From NCBI GenBank assembly GCA_024653945.1, contig JANLIT010000003.1:98936-162935 (forward strand): 64,000 bases of DNA. Reading direction: 5' to 3'. Below the pieces are notes generated by a model that saw only the letters and a list, made by a program, of their open reading frames with translations, was not told the origin of the DNA and searched no databases. Position 1 is the stretch's first letter, and every line of letters starts with the position of its first letter. Positions 37,327 through 47,254 of this stretch are shown in pieces. Both the position numbers and the translations under genes were made by a program. This DNA comes from Candidatus Campbellbacteria bacterium (GTDB taxonomy: Bacteria; Patescibacteriota; Minisyncoccia; Phycocordibacterales; EsbW-18).

Positions 37327-37869
37327 TTAGAAAATAAGAGCAATAACAGCGTATCCAGTAATTGCTATACCGAGGCTATTCATTATAAACAAAATACAAA
37401 AAAGTTGTGTCTTTGAGATGTGATTCACTCCGATAAGTGCCAATCCTAATTCATCGGGTAAGGGCGAGGCGATAATAAGAGCGCCGACAAAAAACGACAA
37501 ACGATGGAAAAGTCTCGTTTCAAAAATTTTTTTAAAACGGCCAAACCGTGGTTGACCAAGAAGGTATTTTGTTTCTGCATCAACACTTTTATGAATAATG
37601 ACTAAAAGTAAAATATCTCCCAGGGCAGCGCCAAATCCTCCTATAAGTGCCACTTGCCACACGGCGGTTTCTCGCATAATTTCTGCAAGAACAGCTACTG
37701 CCGGTGCTGCAGTAAATACTGATGTAAAGAAGAATCCTGCCACAAAGCTTCCAAGTAATTCAAAATTTTGGAGATACAGAAAGAAAACATCCGTGGCATC
37801 TGTTTTGAGAATATACACAGCTACCGCAATACTTATACAAATTCCAATGAACTTTAGAGATGCTCGCAT
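37327..37869 (-). CDS. DedA/YqaA-like (VTT domain) membrane protein
   Basis: GALIIASPLPDELGLALIG pattern. Confidence 0.5.
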   Translation of the reverse strand: MRASLKFIGICISIAVAVYILKTDATDVFFLYLQNFELLGSFVAGFFFTSVFTAAPAVAVLAEIMRETAVWQVALIGGFGAALGDILLLVIIHKSVDAETKYLLGQPRFGRFKKIFETRLFHRLSFFVGALIIASPLPDELGLALIGVNHISKTQLFCILFIMNSLGIAITGYAVIALIF

Positions 37870-37872
37870 ATC

Positions 37873-39297
37873 CTATTTTCTTACAAAGAGATTTTCTGGT
37901 TTTTTGTTTGTCTTTACTGCTTCCTTAATAATACGAGATGTTGTGGGCATCAAGGGGTTGAGCATTCGACCGATACGATAGAGTTTCACTATAAGTTCTG
38001 CAATAAGCGCCCTTCCTTTTTCTGGGTCTATTTTAATTACCTTGAATGGCTGCGTTTCTTGTATAGATAAATCACACTCCGCAATCTCAGCCCATACCAT
38101 ATCGCACGCATCACTAAATTGATATACATCAAGTAGTTTAAAATACGCACCAAAATCTTCCCATTCTGGAACCTGGACAGGTGTGTCAAGGTGGTCTTCG
38201 GCCATCTTCATAACACGCGAGACAAGATTGCCAAGTCCATTAGCAAGACCAGCATTATAACTTTCAACAAAACGTTCTCGAGTAAAATCAGAATCTTCAA
38301 AAGGGTGAACGTGTCGTAGTAAAAAATAACGCACGGCATCTATACCAAATTCCTGCACTAATTCCGCTGGGCTTATCACATTTCCCACTGACTTACTCAT
38401 TTTTTGTCCCCCACTCGTCATGAAACCGTGATACATAACGAGGTCAGTTGGTTTAATGTTTGCAGAAAACAGCATCGCCTGCCACATGAGTGACTGGAAC
38501 CGCACTTGGTCCTTCCCTGCCATTTGTATGGTGGTACTATCAACCCAAAACTTCTTAAATGTTCCCTCTACATCCTCGGGCCAACCGAGTGTAGAAATAT
38601 AGTTTGTAAGGGCATCAAACCACACATACATCACATGCTCATCATCACCAGGAACTGATACACCCCAGGACATGCGGTCCTTCTTTCGAGAAATTGAAAA
38701 ATCTTCCAATCCTTGTTCAATAAACTGTAATGCTTCAATCTTGCGTGTATCTGGAACAATGTGAGTACCTAATGTATACGCATGAAGTTGGTCAGTATAT
38801 TTTGAGAATCTGAAAAAATAGTTTTCTTCTCGCACTGTTTCTGGTTTTAAATTTGGATGAATGGGGCATTTTTCATCAACTAAGTCGCGTTCGACAAGAA
38901 AACGTTCACACCCAACACAATACAATCCTTCAAAATCTTTTTTGTAAATATCACCAGAAGCCTCACACCGTTTCCAGAGTTCCTGTGCCGCAGCCATGTG
39001 GTGCGTGTCAGTTGTACGAATAAAATGCAGCGTGTCCATGAGACCTAGTGTGTCTTTCAGTGTTTTGAAATGCTCTGCCCACTCATCTACATATACCTGT
39101 GGCTCTTTGGCCTCTGCACGTGCCTTTTCAAAAATTTTCTGACCATGTTCATCTGTGCCTGTATTGAAAAACACTTCATCACCCTGAAGTGTTCGAGAGC
39201 GGGCATATGTATCCGCCTGCACAATTTCAAGTGCAAAACCAATGTGTGGTTCAGCATTCACATATGGCAAAGTTGTCGTAATGTACGTATTTCTCAT
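37873..39297 (-). CDS. metG: Methionyl-tRNA synthetase
   Basis: HIGFALEIVQAD (HIGH region); KMSKS. Confidence 0.9.
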   Translation of the reverse strand: MRNTYITTTLPYVNAEPHIGFALEIVQADTYARSRTLQGDEVFFNTGTDEHGQKIFEKARAEAKEPQVYVDEWAEHFKTLKDTLGLMDTLHFIRTTDTHHMAAAQELWKRCEASGDIYKKDFEGLYCVGCERFLVERDLVDEKCPIHPNLKPETVREENYFFRFSKYTDQLHAYTLGTHIVPDTRKIEALQFIEQGLEDFSISRKKDRMSWGVSVPGDDEHVMYVWFDALTNYISTLGWPEDVEGTFKKFWVDSTTIQMAGKDQVRFQSLMWQAMLFSANIKPTDLVMYHGFMTSGGQKMSKSVGNVISPAELVQEFGIDAVRYFLLRHVHPFEDSDFTRERFVESYNAGLANGLGNLVSRVMKMAEDHLDTPVQVPEWEDFGAYFKLLDVYQFSDACDMVWAEIAECDLSIQETQPFKVIKIDPEKGRALIAELIVKLYRIGRMLNPLMPTTSRIIKEAVKTNKKPENLFVRK

Positions 39298-39366
39298 ACC
39301 TCTCCAGTATAGCAAAATAAAGGCCCTTTTGGGGCCGTGGTATCTTACTAAAAAAGAGATTGTGGC

Positions 39367-39771
39367 TTACGCTTCGGTTGTAGTACCGTCAAACTCTGGA
39401 CCATCAGCAACCGCCTCCGTTTTTGTAGCTCGCTCAATACCGTCTTTGTGATGAGTGGGTGCATAAATGGTATACAGCTTAAGAGTGTCTGTTGCAGATG
39501 TGTTGAATACATTGTGTTGTGCTCCTGCGGGAACAATAACCGCATCACCATCACTAACATTGTATTCTGTTTCATTAATCACCACCTTCCCTTCCCCTCT
39601 TTCAAATCGAAAAAACTGATCCCCGTCTTCGTGTACTTCCGAACCAATCTCTTCACCAGGAAGAAGCGACATGAGAACTAATTGGCAGTGTTGTGCGGTA
39701 TAGAGCACTTTTCTAAAAGAGTTATTTTCAACAGTGAGTTTTTCAATATTTTCCTTGTATCCTTTTTTCAT
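39367..39771 (-). CDS. Cupin-domain protein
   Basis: G.E.G.EVH.....F.....G.....N......GDAVIVPAG.QH. Confidence 0.75.
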   Translation of the reverse strand: MKKGYKENIEKLTVENNSFRKVLYTAQHCQLVLMSLLPGEEIGSEVHEDGDQFFRFERGEGKVVINETEYNVSDGDAVIVPAGAQHNVFNTSATDTLKLYTIYAPTHHKDGIERATKTEAVADGPEFDGTTTEA

Positions 39772-39804
39772 GGTTATATATTTAGATATGTAATAGTATC
39801 TTAA

Positions 39805-40560
39805 TTATACCCCCATTAAACGAATAACACCGTACATCACACCAATACCGAGGATGGTTGCAAATGTTGTCCATTTCACAGGATGTGCGTGGTGACTCTC
39901 GGGCAGTAAATCACTTGCACCGATGTACAAGAAAAATCCAGAGAAAAGAGCAAGAAGAAGTGCAAGTGTTGCATCCTGAACCGAAAAGAAGAGGGTTGAA
40001 AGAACACCGAGAACGGGCGCGCATGCATCAACGAGGAGCCATCGCAGTGCTTGTTTTCTATTTCCACCATTTTTGAGAATAAAACCAACGGTGTTGATAC
40101 CGTCTGAAAAATCATGCGTCAAAACCGCAACAGCAACAATCGCACCAACTGCAGGAGAAACTTGAAATGCTAAACCAATTCCAACACCATCAAGAAAACT
40201 GTGCAATGACAAACTTCCTGCACCAACCCTCCCCCTCCCTTCATGTGCACAATGCTCGTCGTGTCCGTGCATCAAAAATAATCTATCGAGCAACAAATAC
40301 AACACAAAACCAACCGCCATTATAGTGGTGATAAAAGATGCAGAGTATGTCATGCCACCCAATGAAATCGCTTCTGGAATTAAATCAAAAAACGCTACAC
40401 CAATAACCGCACCGGCACTAAATCCTAATATCAAATGAAGACGATCTTTGAGGTGTAGTGCAAACAATCCACCTAAAAGTGTTGCTAAAAATGTTGCAAT
40501 AGTAATTATGACAATAATCATGTACCAAAGTATATAACCTATAGGAAAGCAAGGGAACAC
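39805..40560 (-). CDS. ZIP-family metal transporter (ZupT-like)
   Basis: HSFLDGVGIG and LTHDFSDGINTV motifs; 8 transmembrane helices. Confidence 0.8.
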   Translation of the reverse strand: MFPCFPIGYILWYMIIVIITIATFLATLLGGLFALHLKDRLHLILGFSAGAVIGVAFFDLIPEAISLGGMTYSASFITTIMAVGFVLYLLLDRLFLMHGHDEHCAHEGRGRVGAGSLSLHSFLDGVGIGLAFQVSPAVGAIVAVAVLTHDFSDGINTVGFILKNGGNRKQALRWLLVDACAPVLGVLSTLFFSVQDATLALLLALFSGFFLYIGASDLLPESHHAHPVKWTTFATILGIGVMYGVIRLMGV

Positions 40561-40596
40561 TGGGATTCATGGAGTCTACTGAACTTTTCTGCTAGG

Positions 40597-41868
40597 ATGG
40601 CATTAATGGACGCAAAAACCCCATGGGATGTAATTGTAATCGGTGGAGGGCCCTCTGGCATGATGGCAGCGGGTACCGCAGCACAAAATAGTGCTAAGGT
40701 TCTTCTCATTGAAAAGAACGGTAAGCTTGGAGAAAAACTTCTCATTACGGGTGGTGGTCGGTGCAATGTCACCAACTCAGAATTTGATACTAGAAAATTT
40801 CTTGAAAAATTTAAAGAAAATGGCAAGTTTCTTTTTTCTGCGTTTGCACAGTGGGGCGTAAAGGAAACATTGGACTTTTTTCACACCCGAGGTATGCCGA
40901 CGAAGGTAGAAGCAGAATTGCGTACATTTCCTACATCAAATTCCGCACAGTCTGTGTGGGGTGTCCTCGTTAAAAATATACAAAAACACAACGTAGAAAT
41001 ACTCTCCAATTCGCCAGTCACCGATATTGTTCGTGAAGATGGAAATATTGTCGGTGTCCAATTACAAAGTAAAAAAATAGTCCGTGGAAAATCTATCATC
41101 ATTGCAACAGGAGGAACGTCTCGACCAGAAACAGGTTCTACGGGGGACGCATATGCGTGGCTTCAAAAAATTGGGCATACTGTGGTATTGCCTACTCCAT
41201 CGCTCGTCCCTGTGGCGCTTAAAGATGTATGGGTAAAAAAACTTGCTGGAATTACATTGTCTGATATCAAAATAACGGTGTTTCAAAATGAAAAAAAATA
41301 TTTTATAGCAAAAGGTAAAATTTTGTTTACCCATGTAGGTATCAGTGGACCAACGGTACTCAATATGAGTAAAGATATTGGTGAACTTTTGAAATATGGA
41401 GATGGTGAAGTTGTGTGTGCTCTAGATTTGCTCCCTACACACGATTACGGAAAACTAAATACTGCTCTCCAAGAACTCTTCAAAGAACACGATAAGAAAA
41501 AATTTCAAAATGCTCTTTCAAATCTCATCCCCAAAGCACTGGTTCCTATAATTATAGAACTCGGGGGTTTTAATGGAGAAACACACTGCAATAGCATCAC
41601 ACGAGAAGAGCGTCTTAAGCTTGTGAAGACACTTAAACACATTCCACTACACGTGAAGAAGTTACTAGGCACTGAAAAAGCAATTATCACGAGCGGAGGA
41701 GTTGTTCTGGATGAAATAGATTTCAAAACAATGCGCTCTCGTCTCTTTCCAAATCTTTATATTATCGGTGACATGTTGGATGTTGATAGACCTTCTGGTG
41801 GATACAGTTTACAGCTTTGTTGGACGACTGGGTTTGTTGCTGGACTGTCAGCATCAAAACAGGCATAA
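40597..41868 (+). CDS. HI0933-like/BaiN-like NAD(P)/FAD-dependent flavoprotein
   Basis: WDVIVIGGGPSGMMAAGTAA (GxGxxG) and family-wide conservation. Confidence 0.8.
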   Translation: MALMDAKTPWDVIVIGGGPSGMMAAGTAAQNSAKVLLIEKNGKLGEKLLITGGGRCNVTNSEFDTRKFLEKFKENGKFLFSAFAQWGVKETLDFFHTRGMPTKVEAELRTFPTSNSAQSVWGVLVKNIQKHNVEILSNSPVTDIVREDGNIVGVQLQSKKIVRGKSIIIATGGTSRPETGSTGDAYAWLQKIGHTVVLPTPSLVPVALKDVWVKKLAGITLSDIKITVFQNEKKYFIAKGKILFTHVGISGPTVLNMSKDIGELLKYGDGEVVCALDLLPTHDYGKLNTALQELFKEHDKKKFQNALSNLIPKALVPIIIELGGFNGETHCNSITREERLKLVKTLKHIPLHVKKLLGTEKAIITSGGVVLDEIDFKTMRSRLFPNLYIIGDMLDVDRPSGGYSLQLCWTTGFVAGLSASKQA

Positions 41869-41874
41869 AAGTAC

Positions 41875-41914
41875 ACCCAGCACTCAATCTTTGCTTAAAA
41901 GTTGAGTGCTGGGT
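41875..41914 (+). terminator. Conserved terminator-like stem-loop (family member 2)
   Basis: ACCCAGCACTCAA-(14-nt loop)-TTGAGTGCTGGGT; stem homologous to 12997-13033; followed by the GTATACT box. Confidence 0.45.
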
Positions 41915-41919
41915 ATACT
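41914..41919 (+). promoter_or_regulatory. Putative -10 (GTATACT) for the rluB-like gene
   Basis: GCTGGGTATACTG ~40 nt upstream of the 41960 ATG. Confidence 0.3.
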
Positions 41920-41959
41920 GCCTTATTACCTACTCTATATGGAAAAACCTCTATTCCCC

Positions 41960-42646
41960 ATGCGGATTAACAAGTATTTGGCGCTGAAGAAGCACTCTAC
42001 ACGACGTGGTGCCGATGAACTCATCAAAAAGAAGCAGGTTTTTATTAATGGAAAATTGGCTGTTCTTGGCGACAAAGTAAACGAAAAAGATGAGGTGGAT
42101 GTACGCTACCGTGGAAAACAAAAACCATACCTCTATATCGCCTACAATAAACCACGAGGTATCATCACACACTCTGCACAAGAGGGTGAGCAAGAGATTA
42201 AACAAGTTGTGGCTGTCAAAGACGTGTTCCCTGTTGGACGTTTGGATAAAGATTCACATGGTCTTATTATCCTCACGAATGACGGACGTATTACTGAACG
42301 ACTTCTTGGTCCTACCTATGCGCACGAAAAAGAGTACCTCGTCAAAACAAAAAATAAACTACGACCAAATTTCAAAGAAAAAATGGAGGCGGGAGTACAA
42401 ATCGAAAAAGAACACACCGGAAAGTGTAAGGTTCGTATTCTTAACGATCATACATTTAAAGTAATACTCACCGAGGGAAAGAAACATCAGATTCGACGCA
42501 TGTGTGTTGCTCTTTTTCAAGAAGTACAAGACCTCAAGCGTGTACGCATTATGAATGTTGAGCTTGACGACCTCACCGAAGGAGAACACCGCGAACTGAA
42601 AGGTGAAGAACTCCGCACCTTTTTACACACACTGGAGTTGGCGTAG
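41960..42646 (+). CDS. Pseudouridine synthase, RsuA/RluB family (S4 + catalytic domain)
   Basis: MRINKYLAL S4 domain; GRLDKDSHGLIILTNDG catalytic Asp motif. Confidence 0.85.
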   Translation: MRINKYLALKKHSTRRGADELIKKKQVFINGKLAVLGDKVNEKDEVDVRYRGKQKPYLYIAYNKPRGIITHSAQEGEQEIKQVVAVKDVFPVGRLDKDSHGLIILTNDGRITERLLGPTYAHEKEYLVKTKNKLRPNFKEKMEAGVQIEKEHTGKCKVRILNDHTFKVILTEGKKHQIRRMCVALFQEVQDLKRVRIMNVELDDLTEGEHRELKGEELRTFLHTLELA

Positions 42647-42657
42647 TTTTGAGAAAT

Positions 42658-44157
42658 CTATTTTTCCAAATCAAGAATATCGTCAATACGAATTTTCTCC
42701 ACAAATTCGGGTACGTGAGACACTAACACCATCGCTCCTTCATACTTGTTGAGCGCTTCAGCAATAACAGGAATGTGACGGAAGTTGATATGGTTTGTGG
42801 GCTCGTCAAGAATGAGAAGTCCTGGTTTTTGAAGTACGAGTCGTGCAAATGCAACAAGTCCCTTCTGCCCCTCTGAAAGACTACCGATTTTACTTTGAAT
42901 AAGTTCTGCATTAATAAGAAATCCCGCAGCGGTTGCACGCATAGTTTCTTCTACACGTTCCTTCATCACGCTTCCAAGGGACTCATAGACAGTGTCTTCA
43001 AAATTGAGTGTTGAGAAATCCTGTCGATAGTATCCGACGGTTGCACCTTCTAAAATTTTTGAACCGTCCGCTGTCCCCTTGGCAATTGCTTCCAAAAGCG
43101 TGCTTTTACCAATACCATTCGGTCCTTTTAAGAGAAGGTGCCAATTTTTGCGCACGGTGACATTCGCCTTTCGTTCTACAAACTTGTGTGTTTTTGGACT
43201 CATCGTCTTAAACTTGGTAATCGTGAGGATATCTCCAACCAGCCCTTTTTGAAACGGAATAATAAACGGACGAATAGTTTTATCGTCTTTCCGTGTGTCC
43301 ACCTTACTTTCCTCAAGTTCTTCGGCTTCTTCACGCATACGCCTTGCAACTAAACGCATTTTTCCTCCTTTGTGTGCAAAAAAGTTTGCCTTGTCTTTGT
43401 TGTCTTGAATTTTTTTAGCAAGTTGTGCATTTTTTCGATTCTCTCGCTCCACTTGAGCAGCAATCTGCTCAACCACATCAAAATAGTTTCCAACGTACTG
43501 TTGCACTTTTTGAGTATAGATATCCAAGTACAACACAGCATCAGTAAATGCATTTAAAAATTCCGAGTCATGCGAAATAACCATCAGTGTTTTTTTATAC
43601 GCTCTCAAAAAATCAGTGAGGTGTTCAATACCCGCTTTATCCAAATTATTTGTCGGCTCATCAAGAAGAAGTAAATCTGGGTCTTGAATTAATGCAGACG
43701 CAAGAAGGAGCCGTGCCTGCTGACCTCCAGAAAAAGAACGTATGATTCGTTCGTGCATTTTTTCGTGCCCTTTCAAGTTCACCACCTCAAGCACATCATC
43801 AATCTTGGGATCAATGTTGTGAATTTTCCCAATATCTTTTCGCAAACCTGCTTGTACGGAATCTTCAAATGCTTTTACAAAAAAATCTCGCACCGTCAAA
43901 CTAAGTTCATCACGAGGAATAACTTGTCGAGCAATCGCAATTGTAAGTCCATTCACTCGAGACACCTCACCGTCTTCTGGCTCCACTATTCCTGTAATAA
44001 GCTTAAAAATAGTACTTTTTCCACCACCATTTTGTCCCATGATGGTCAATTTTGAATTTCGACGTATAGAGAAAGAAACCTCATCAAGTATGGGTTTTGT
44101 GGGCTCGTACGCAAAACTGAGCTCTTCGAAACGCAGTATTATTTCATCTCGGGACAC
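42658..44157 (-). CDS. ABC-F family ATPase (two ABC domains, no transmembrane domain)
   Basis: Two Walker A (GQNGGGKST, GPNGIGKST) and two signatures (LSGGQQ, LSEGQK) with an inter-domain linker; start uncertain (GTG assumed; the longest ORF reaches 44226). Confidence 0.8.
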   Translation of the reverse strand: MSRDEIILRFEELSFAYEPTKPILDEVSFSIRRNSKLTIMGQNGGGKSTIFKLITGIVEPEDGEVSRVNGLTIAIARQVIPRDELSLTVRDFFVKAFEDSVQAGLRKDIGKIHNIDPKIDDVLEVVNLKGHEKMHERIIRSFSGGQQARLLLASALIQDPDLLLLDEPTNNLDKAGIEHLTDFLRAYKKTLMVISHDSEFLNAFTDAVLYLDIYTQKVQQYVGNYFDVVEQIAAQVERENRKNAQLAKKIQDNKDKANFFAHKGGKMRLVARRMREEAEELEESKVDTRKDDKTIRPFIIPFQKGLVGDILTITKFKTMSPKTHKFVERKANVTVRKNWHLLLKGPNGIGKSTLLEAIAKGTADGSKILEGATVGYYRQDFSTLNFEDTVYESLGSVMKERVEETMRATAAGFLINAELIQSKIGSLSEGQKGLVAFARLVLQKPGLLILDEPTNHINFRHIPVIAEALNKYEGAMVLVSHVPEFVEKIRIDDILDLEK

Positions 44158-44203
44158 GGGACATGCACAATAGCACAAAAAGGCCCTATTCGGATACCTC
44201 GGG

Positions 44204-44851
44204 CTACAGAAGAATGAAATTCCCAATCACCTTATCATCTAAAGATTCAGCAAGTAGAGATGCTATAGAAAAATCATCGTGATGTGTATATTCCGACGGT
44301 ATTGCACAGACCTTACACCCTGCAGAAACACCAGCCTTCACACCATTAAGAGAGTCCTCAAAAACTAAACACTCTTCGGGAGAAACACCGAGTTGTGCAA
44401 TGCATTTCAAATAAATTTCAGGATCTGGCTTACCCCTTTCAACCATATCTCCAGAAACAATAAACTCAAACTCACTTTCAAGATTAAACTTTTTAAGAAG
44501 CACGCCCACCAAAAAACGTCGTGAGGATGTTCCGATACACTTTCGAATACTGTGTTCATTCAAAAAAGTAAGTAGACTATCGAGACCTTTAAGTTTTTCC
44601 ACTGACTCACTATATATTCTCACAAGCTCAGCATCTTGTTCTTTAAAAAGATCTTTAACGTTTTCATTTTTCCCCCAATATATATTGAGCCCCTCTATAA
44701 CCTCGGAAGCACGTTTCCCCATGAAACTATTTTTCAATTCTAGCGTGTACTCTTTTCCACGCTTCTTTGACATAGCACCGTGCACAACAGAATATGCCGA
44801 TTCTGTATCAAACATCAGCCCGTCCATATCAAAGATAGCTACTTTAATCAT
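44204..44851 (-). CDS. HAD-IA hydrolase (beta-phosphoglucomutase-like)
   Basis: VAIFDMDGLMFDTE motif I; C-terminal GD..D. Confidence 0.8.
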   Translation of the reverse strand: MIKVAIFDMDGLMFDTESAYSVVHGAMSKKRGKEYTLELKNSFMGKRASEVIEGLNIYWGKNENVKDLFKEQDAELVRIYSESVEKLKGLDSLLTFLNEHSIRKCIGTSSRRFLVGVLLKKFNLESEFEFIVSGDMVERGKPDPEIYLKCIAQLGVSPEECLVFEDSLNGVKAGVSAGCKVCAIPSEYTHHDDFSIASLLAESLDDKVIGNFILL

Positions 44852-44856
44852 GATAA

Positions 44857-45840
44857 TTACTCATTAGCCAGAATATACGCGCGGGTTTTTGGACCAAAAT
44901 ATCCTGTCGCAGGTGAAATGTTGTGTGCCACTTGGTACTCAATAAGGGAGCGTTGTGTGATAGGGCCAAAGTAGCCCGTTGCTCCCGCAGATGCCAATGC
45001 AACGGCGGATGGTCCGGTATTTTTTGCAATAAGAAATCCTTGAAGTGTAGCAACAGGAGGTCCTTGTGAATCAAGTGTGAGGTCTCCTACTGCCGTTGCT
45101 CCCACAGGAGTAGATGTCGGAATAGCCTTGAGTTCCTTTTCTATATCACTAGGAAGTTCAATACCTGCACCCTTTGCTTGCCACAGCTCACTTTGATAGT
45201 GTTCTACAACAAATGAAATAAATTCGTCTTCATCATCTACATCATTCAAAGCATCTGTAAGGAACTCTATTTTATCTTTGAGTGAAAACTCGCGAGTCAA
45301 GCGTGGAAATGGGTCAGTCGCCTCTCGACCGTCACGAATTTCAAGATGAAGGTGTGCTGCCCCACCAGATGCGTTACCGGTATTGCCAACAAGCCCAACG
45401 AGCTCACCTTCATCAAGCTCGTCGCCGTTTGAAACCGAAATTTCACTCAAGTGCATATACACGAATGTTTCGCCTCCCGGATTCGCGGTAGTGACATATT
45501 TACCTGAGCTTGAACCTGTACCAGTACGGGTAACAACGGCCTCCGTAGGAGATACAACAGGTGCTCCTTTTGGTGCCATAATATCCTCTCCTTCGTGCTC
45601 TCTCGTCCCCTCTCCACGCGGATCGCCGAAGTTGGGCCATAGCATGCCGGGTGTCACACCAAAAAGAACTGGAATAGGAAGATGCTCAACCGCATCGTCG
45701 TCCAATTTATTGATTTTGGTACGATAGGAACTTGACATGCGTCTACTATATTGAGCATCCACAGACAGCGGTATGCATACACTTAAAATAAAAATAAAGA
45801 AACCGAGGAAAAGAGCGATGCGAGGAGGTAATTTATTCAT
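44857..45840 (-). CDS. M23-family peptidase with C-terminal peptidoglycan-binding repeats
   Basis: GEDIMAPKGAPV...HLHLEI (HxH); two GYFGP...R peptidoglycan-binding repeats. Confidence 0.85.
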   Translation of the reverse strand: MNKLPPRIALFLGFFIFILSVCIPLSVDAQYSRRMSSSYRTKINKLDDDAVEHLPIPVLFGVTPGMLWPNFGDPRGEGTREHEGEDIMAPKGAPVVSPTEAVVTRTGTGSSSGKYVTTANPGGETFVYMHLSEISVSNGDELDEGELVGLVGNTGNASGGAAHLHLEIRDGREATDPFPRLTREFSLKDKIEFLTDALNDVDDEDEFISFVVEHYQSELWQAKGAGIELPSDIEKELKAIPTSTPVGATAVGDLTLDSQGPPVATLQGFLIAKNTGPSAVALASAGATGYFGPITQRSLIEYQVAHNISPATGYFGPKTRAYILANE

Positions 45841-45865
45841 ATCTTAGTATAGCAAATAGACATGG

Positions 45866-45907
45866 CACAAAAAACATCCCCGCCGGCGCTAGTGTGCGCG
45901 GGCGGGG
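45866..45907 (-). terminator. Rho-independent terminator of the secreted-protein gene
   Basis: Minus sense CCCCGCCCGCGCACACTAGCGCCGGCGGGG followed by ATGTTTTTTGTG. Confidence 0.65.
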
Positions 45908-45924
45908 TACGGTGTTGCTCCCCT

Positions 45925-46308
45925 TCATGGGGAAAGAAGAACTGTGGCGGGTGGTGGAAAACACTTTTTAGCCTCCCCCATCTGCTCATTTGACATCTGA
46001 AAATTGGCGGATGACACCTCGTTATCGACGGATGCCATCACCACCAACGGGATTGTGGCGGTCGCGTCGACCGTCAGCGTCACGTGCGAGAGCGCAACAA
46101 CCTTCAGAAAGACACGTCCGCCTGCAGAATACCGAAACATGACACTTGGCCCTTGCGGAGTACTCCTTGTAAAGACGAAGAAGTCTCCACAGCGAACTTC
46201 TCCGGTCGATGTCACAACGTCTGCAACCGACACCAGTGGGTACTTTGGCTGTGCTTGTGCTGCACCGGTAATGCATAGCGCAACGAGAAACATCCCTAGC
46301 TTTTTCAT
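45925..46308 (-). CDS. Secreted hypothetical protein (signal peptide), GC-rich gene
   Basis: MKKLGMFLVALCITGAAQA signal; very GC-rich relative to neighbours; own terminator. Confidence 0.5.
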   Translation of the reverse strand: MKKLGMFLVALCITGAAQAQPKYPLVSVADVVTSTGEVRCGDFFVFTRSTPQGPSVMFRYSAGGRVFLKVVALSHVTLTVDATATIPLVVMASVDNEVSSANFQMSNEQMGEAKKCFPPPATVLLSP

Positions 46309-46383
46309 GTTCTACCCCCCTTTTCGTTTGGCCACTCTGACCGTATTGTGCACCTCGTAGTTTTGGAATGCAACTGTGTTGCT

Positions 46384-47244
46384 TTAAGGTGTTCCTGTAG
46401 TTGAAGAAGTGCTACTTGTCGCATCTGCTGGTGGCACTCCAGTAGACGAGGTTGTGGTAGAAGAAGTGGTAACTACGGTAGTGGTCGCACTTCCCGCAGA
46501 AGATGTTGCTACTACTGCCGACGTGGAGGCGACGGGTGTCGTCCCCACCACCGTTGATACTGTTCCCATTCCCCGGGGTGTTCCTGTTGTTACGGTTACC
46601 TCTGTCGTTGTTGTTACTTCTGTTGTTGATGTCGCCGTTGGTTCAATAAGACTCGGTATTCCATTCTGACATACATACGAACCATACCCCGCTCCCGCTA
46701 CACCACCGATAAGAAGTGCTGCAAAAAGCAGGAGTATGTTTTGAATGGATGGGCTCAAAACACCGCTTGTTGTTTTTGAAGATAGTTCCTTTTTTTGTGA
46801 TTCAGATGTATTTTTTTCATCCTCTGCGTCTTTGTCTCCATCATCCGTGTTTATCTCCGGCAACTTTAAAAAGTTAAGCGATGCGGAATTGATAACATAC
46901 CGCATTTCTTTTGTATCGTCATGTATTTTTTCTATTGTGTATCCCAAATGACCACTACACTCTTTGCATGTTACTTCGCTCTTTCCGGCCGTTGTGCCAT
47001 CAGGGATGAGAACTACGTCTTTTATGTTGATTGGACCAGTAAATGTCGGCCATCCATTTTCTGCCTCACATTTTGAAAGCGATGCAAATAAAGCAGTGCC
47101 ACAGAAGGCACATGTGTAGACACCGTGCTCATCATGGTCCCAAAATTTGCCAGAAAAAGGACGCTCGGTGTCCTTCTGTCGCATGACGCGATACTGCTCT
47201 GGATTTAATTTCTTTTTGAAAGCTTCTTCGTCCATATCCACCAT
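46384..47244 (-). CDS. MsrB (SelR)-domain protein with catalytic Cys replaced by Val, fused to a transmembrane segment and Thr/Ser/Val-rich tail
   Basis: RPFSG...CAFCG...GWP(T)F...EVTCKECSGHLGY keeps both Zn CxxC pairs, but the catalytic motif reads RYVINSASL instead of RYCxNSA; followed by acidic linker, transmembrane helix ILLLFAALLIGGVAGAGYG and a ~90-aa T/S/V-rich region. Confidence 0.7.
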   Translation of the reverse strand: MVDMDEEAFKKKLNPEQYRVMRQKDTERPFSGKFWDHDEHGVYTCAFCGTALFASLSKCEAENGWPTFTGPINIKDVVLIPDGTTAGKSEVTCKECSGHLGYTIEKIHDDTKEMRYVINSASLNFLKLPEINTDDGDKDAEDEKNTSESQKKELSSKTTSGVLSPSIQNILLLFAALLIGGVAGAGYGSYVCQNGIPSLIEPTATSTTEVTTTTEVTVTTGTPRGMGTVSTVVGTTPVASTSAVVATSSAGSATTTVVTTSSTTTSSTGVPPADATSSTSSTTGTP

Positions 47245-47254
47245 ATCACTCACA

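Noticed and set aside
45850-46330. GC-rich block as a possible ncRNA
   Set aside because: It contains a clean 127-aa ORF with signal peptide, start and its own terminator. A protein-coding gene, possibly horizontally acquired, explains it better.
46409-46669. Plus-strand 86-aa Val/Thr-rich ORF
   Set aside because: It is antisense to the low-complexity T/S/V-rich tail of the MsrB-like gene, and its repetitive composition generates the open frame.
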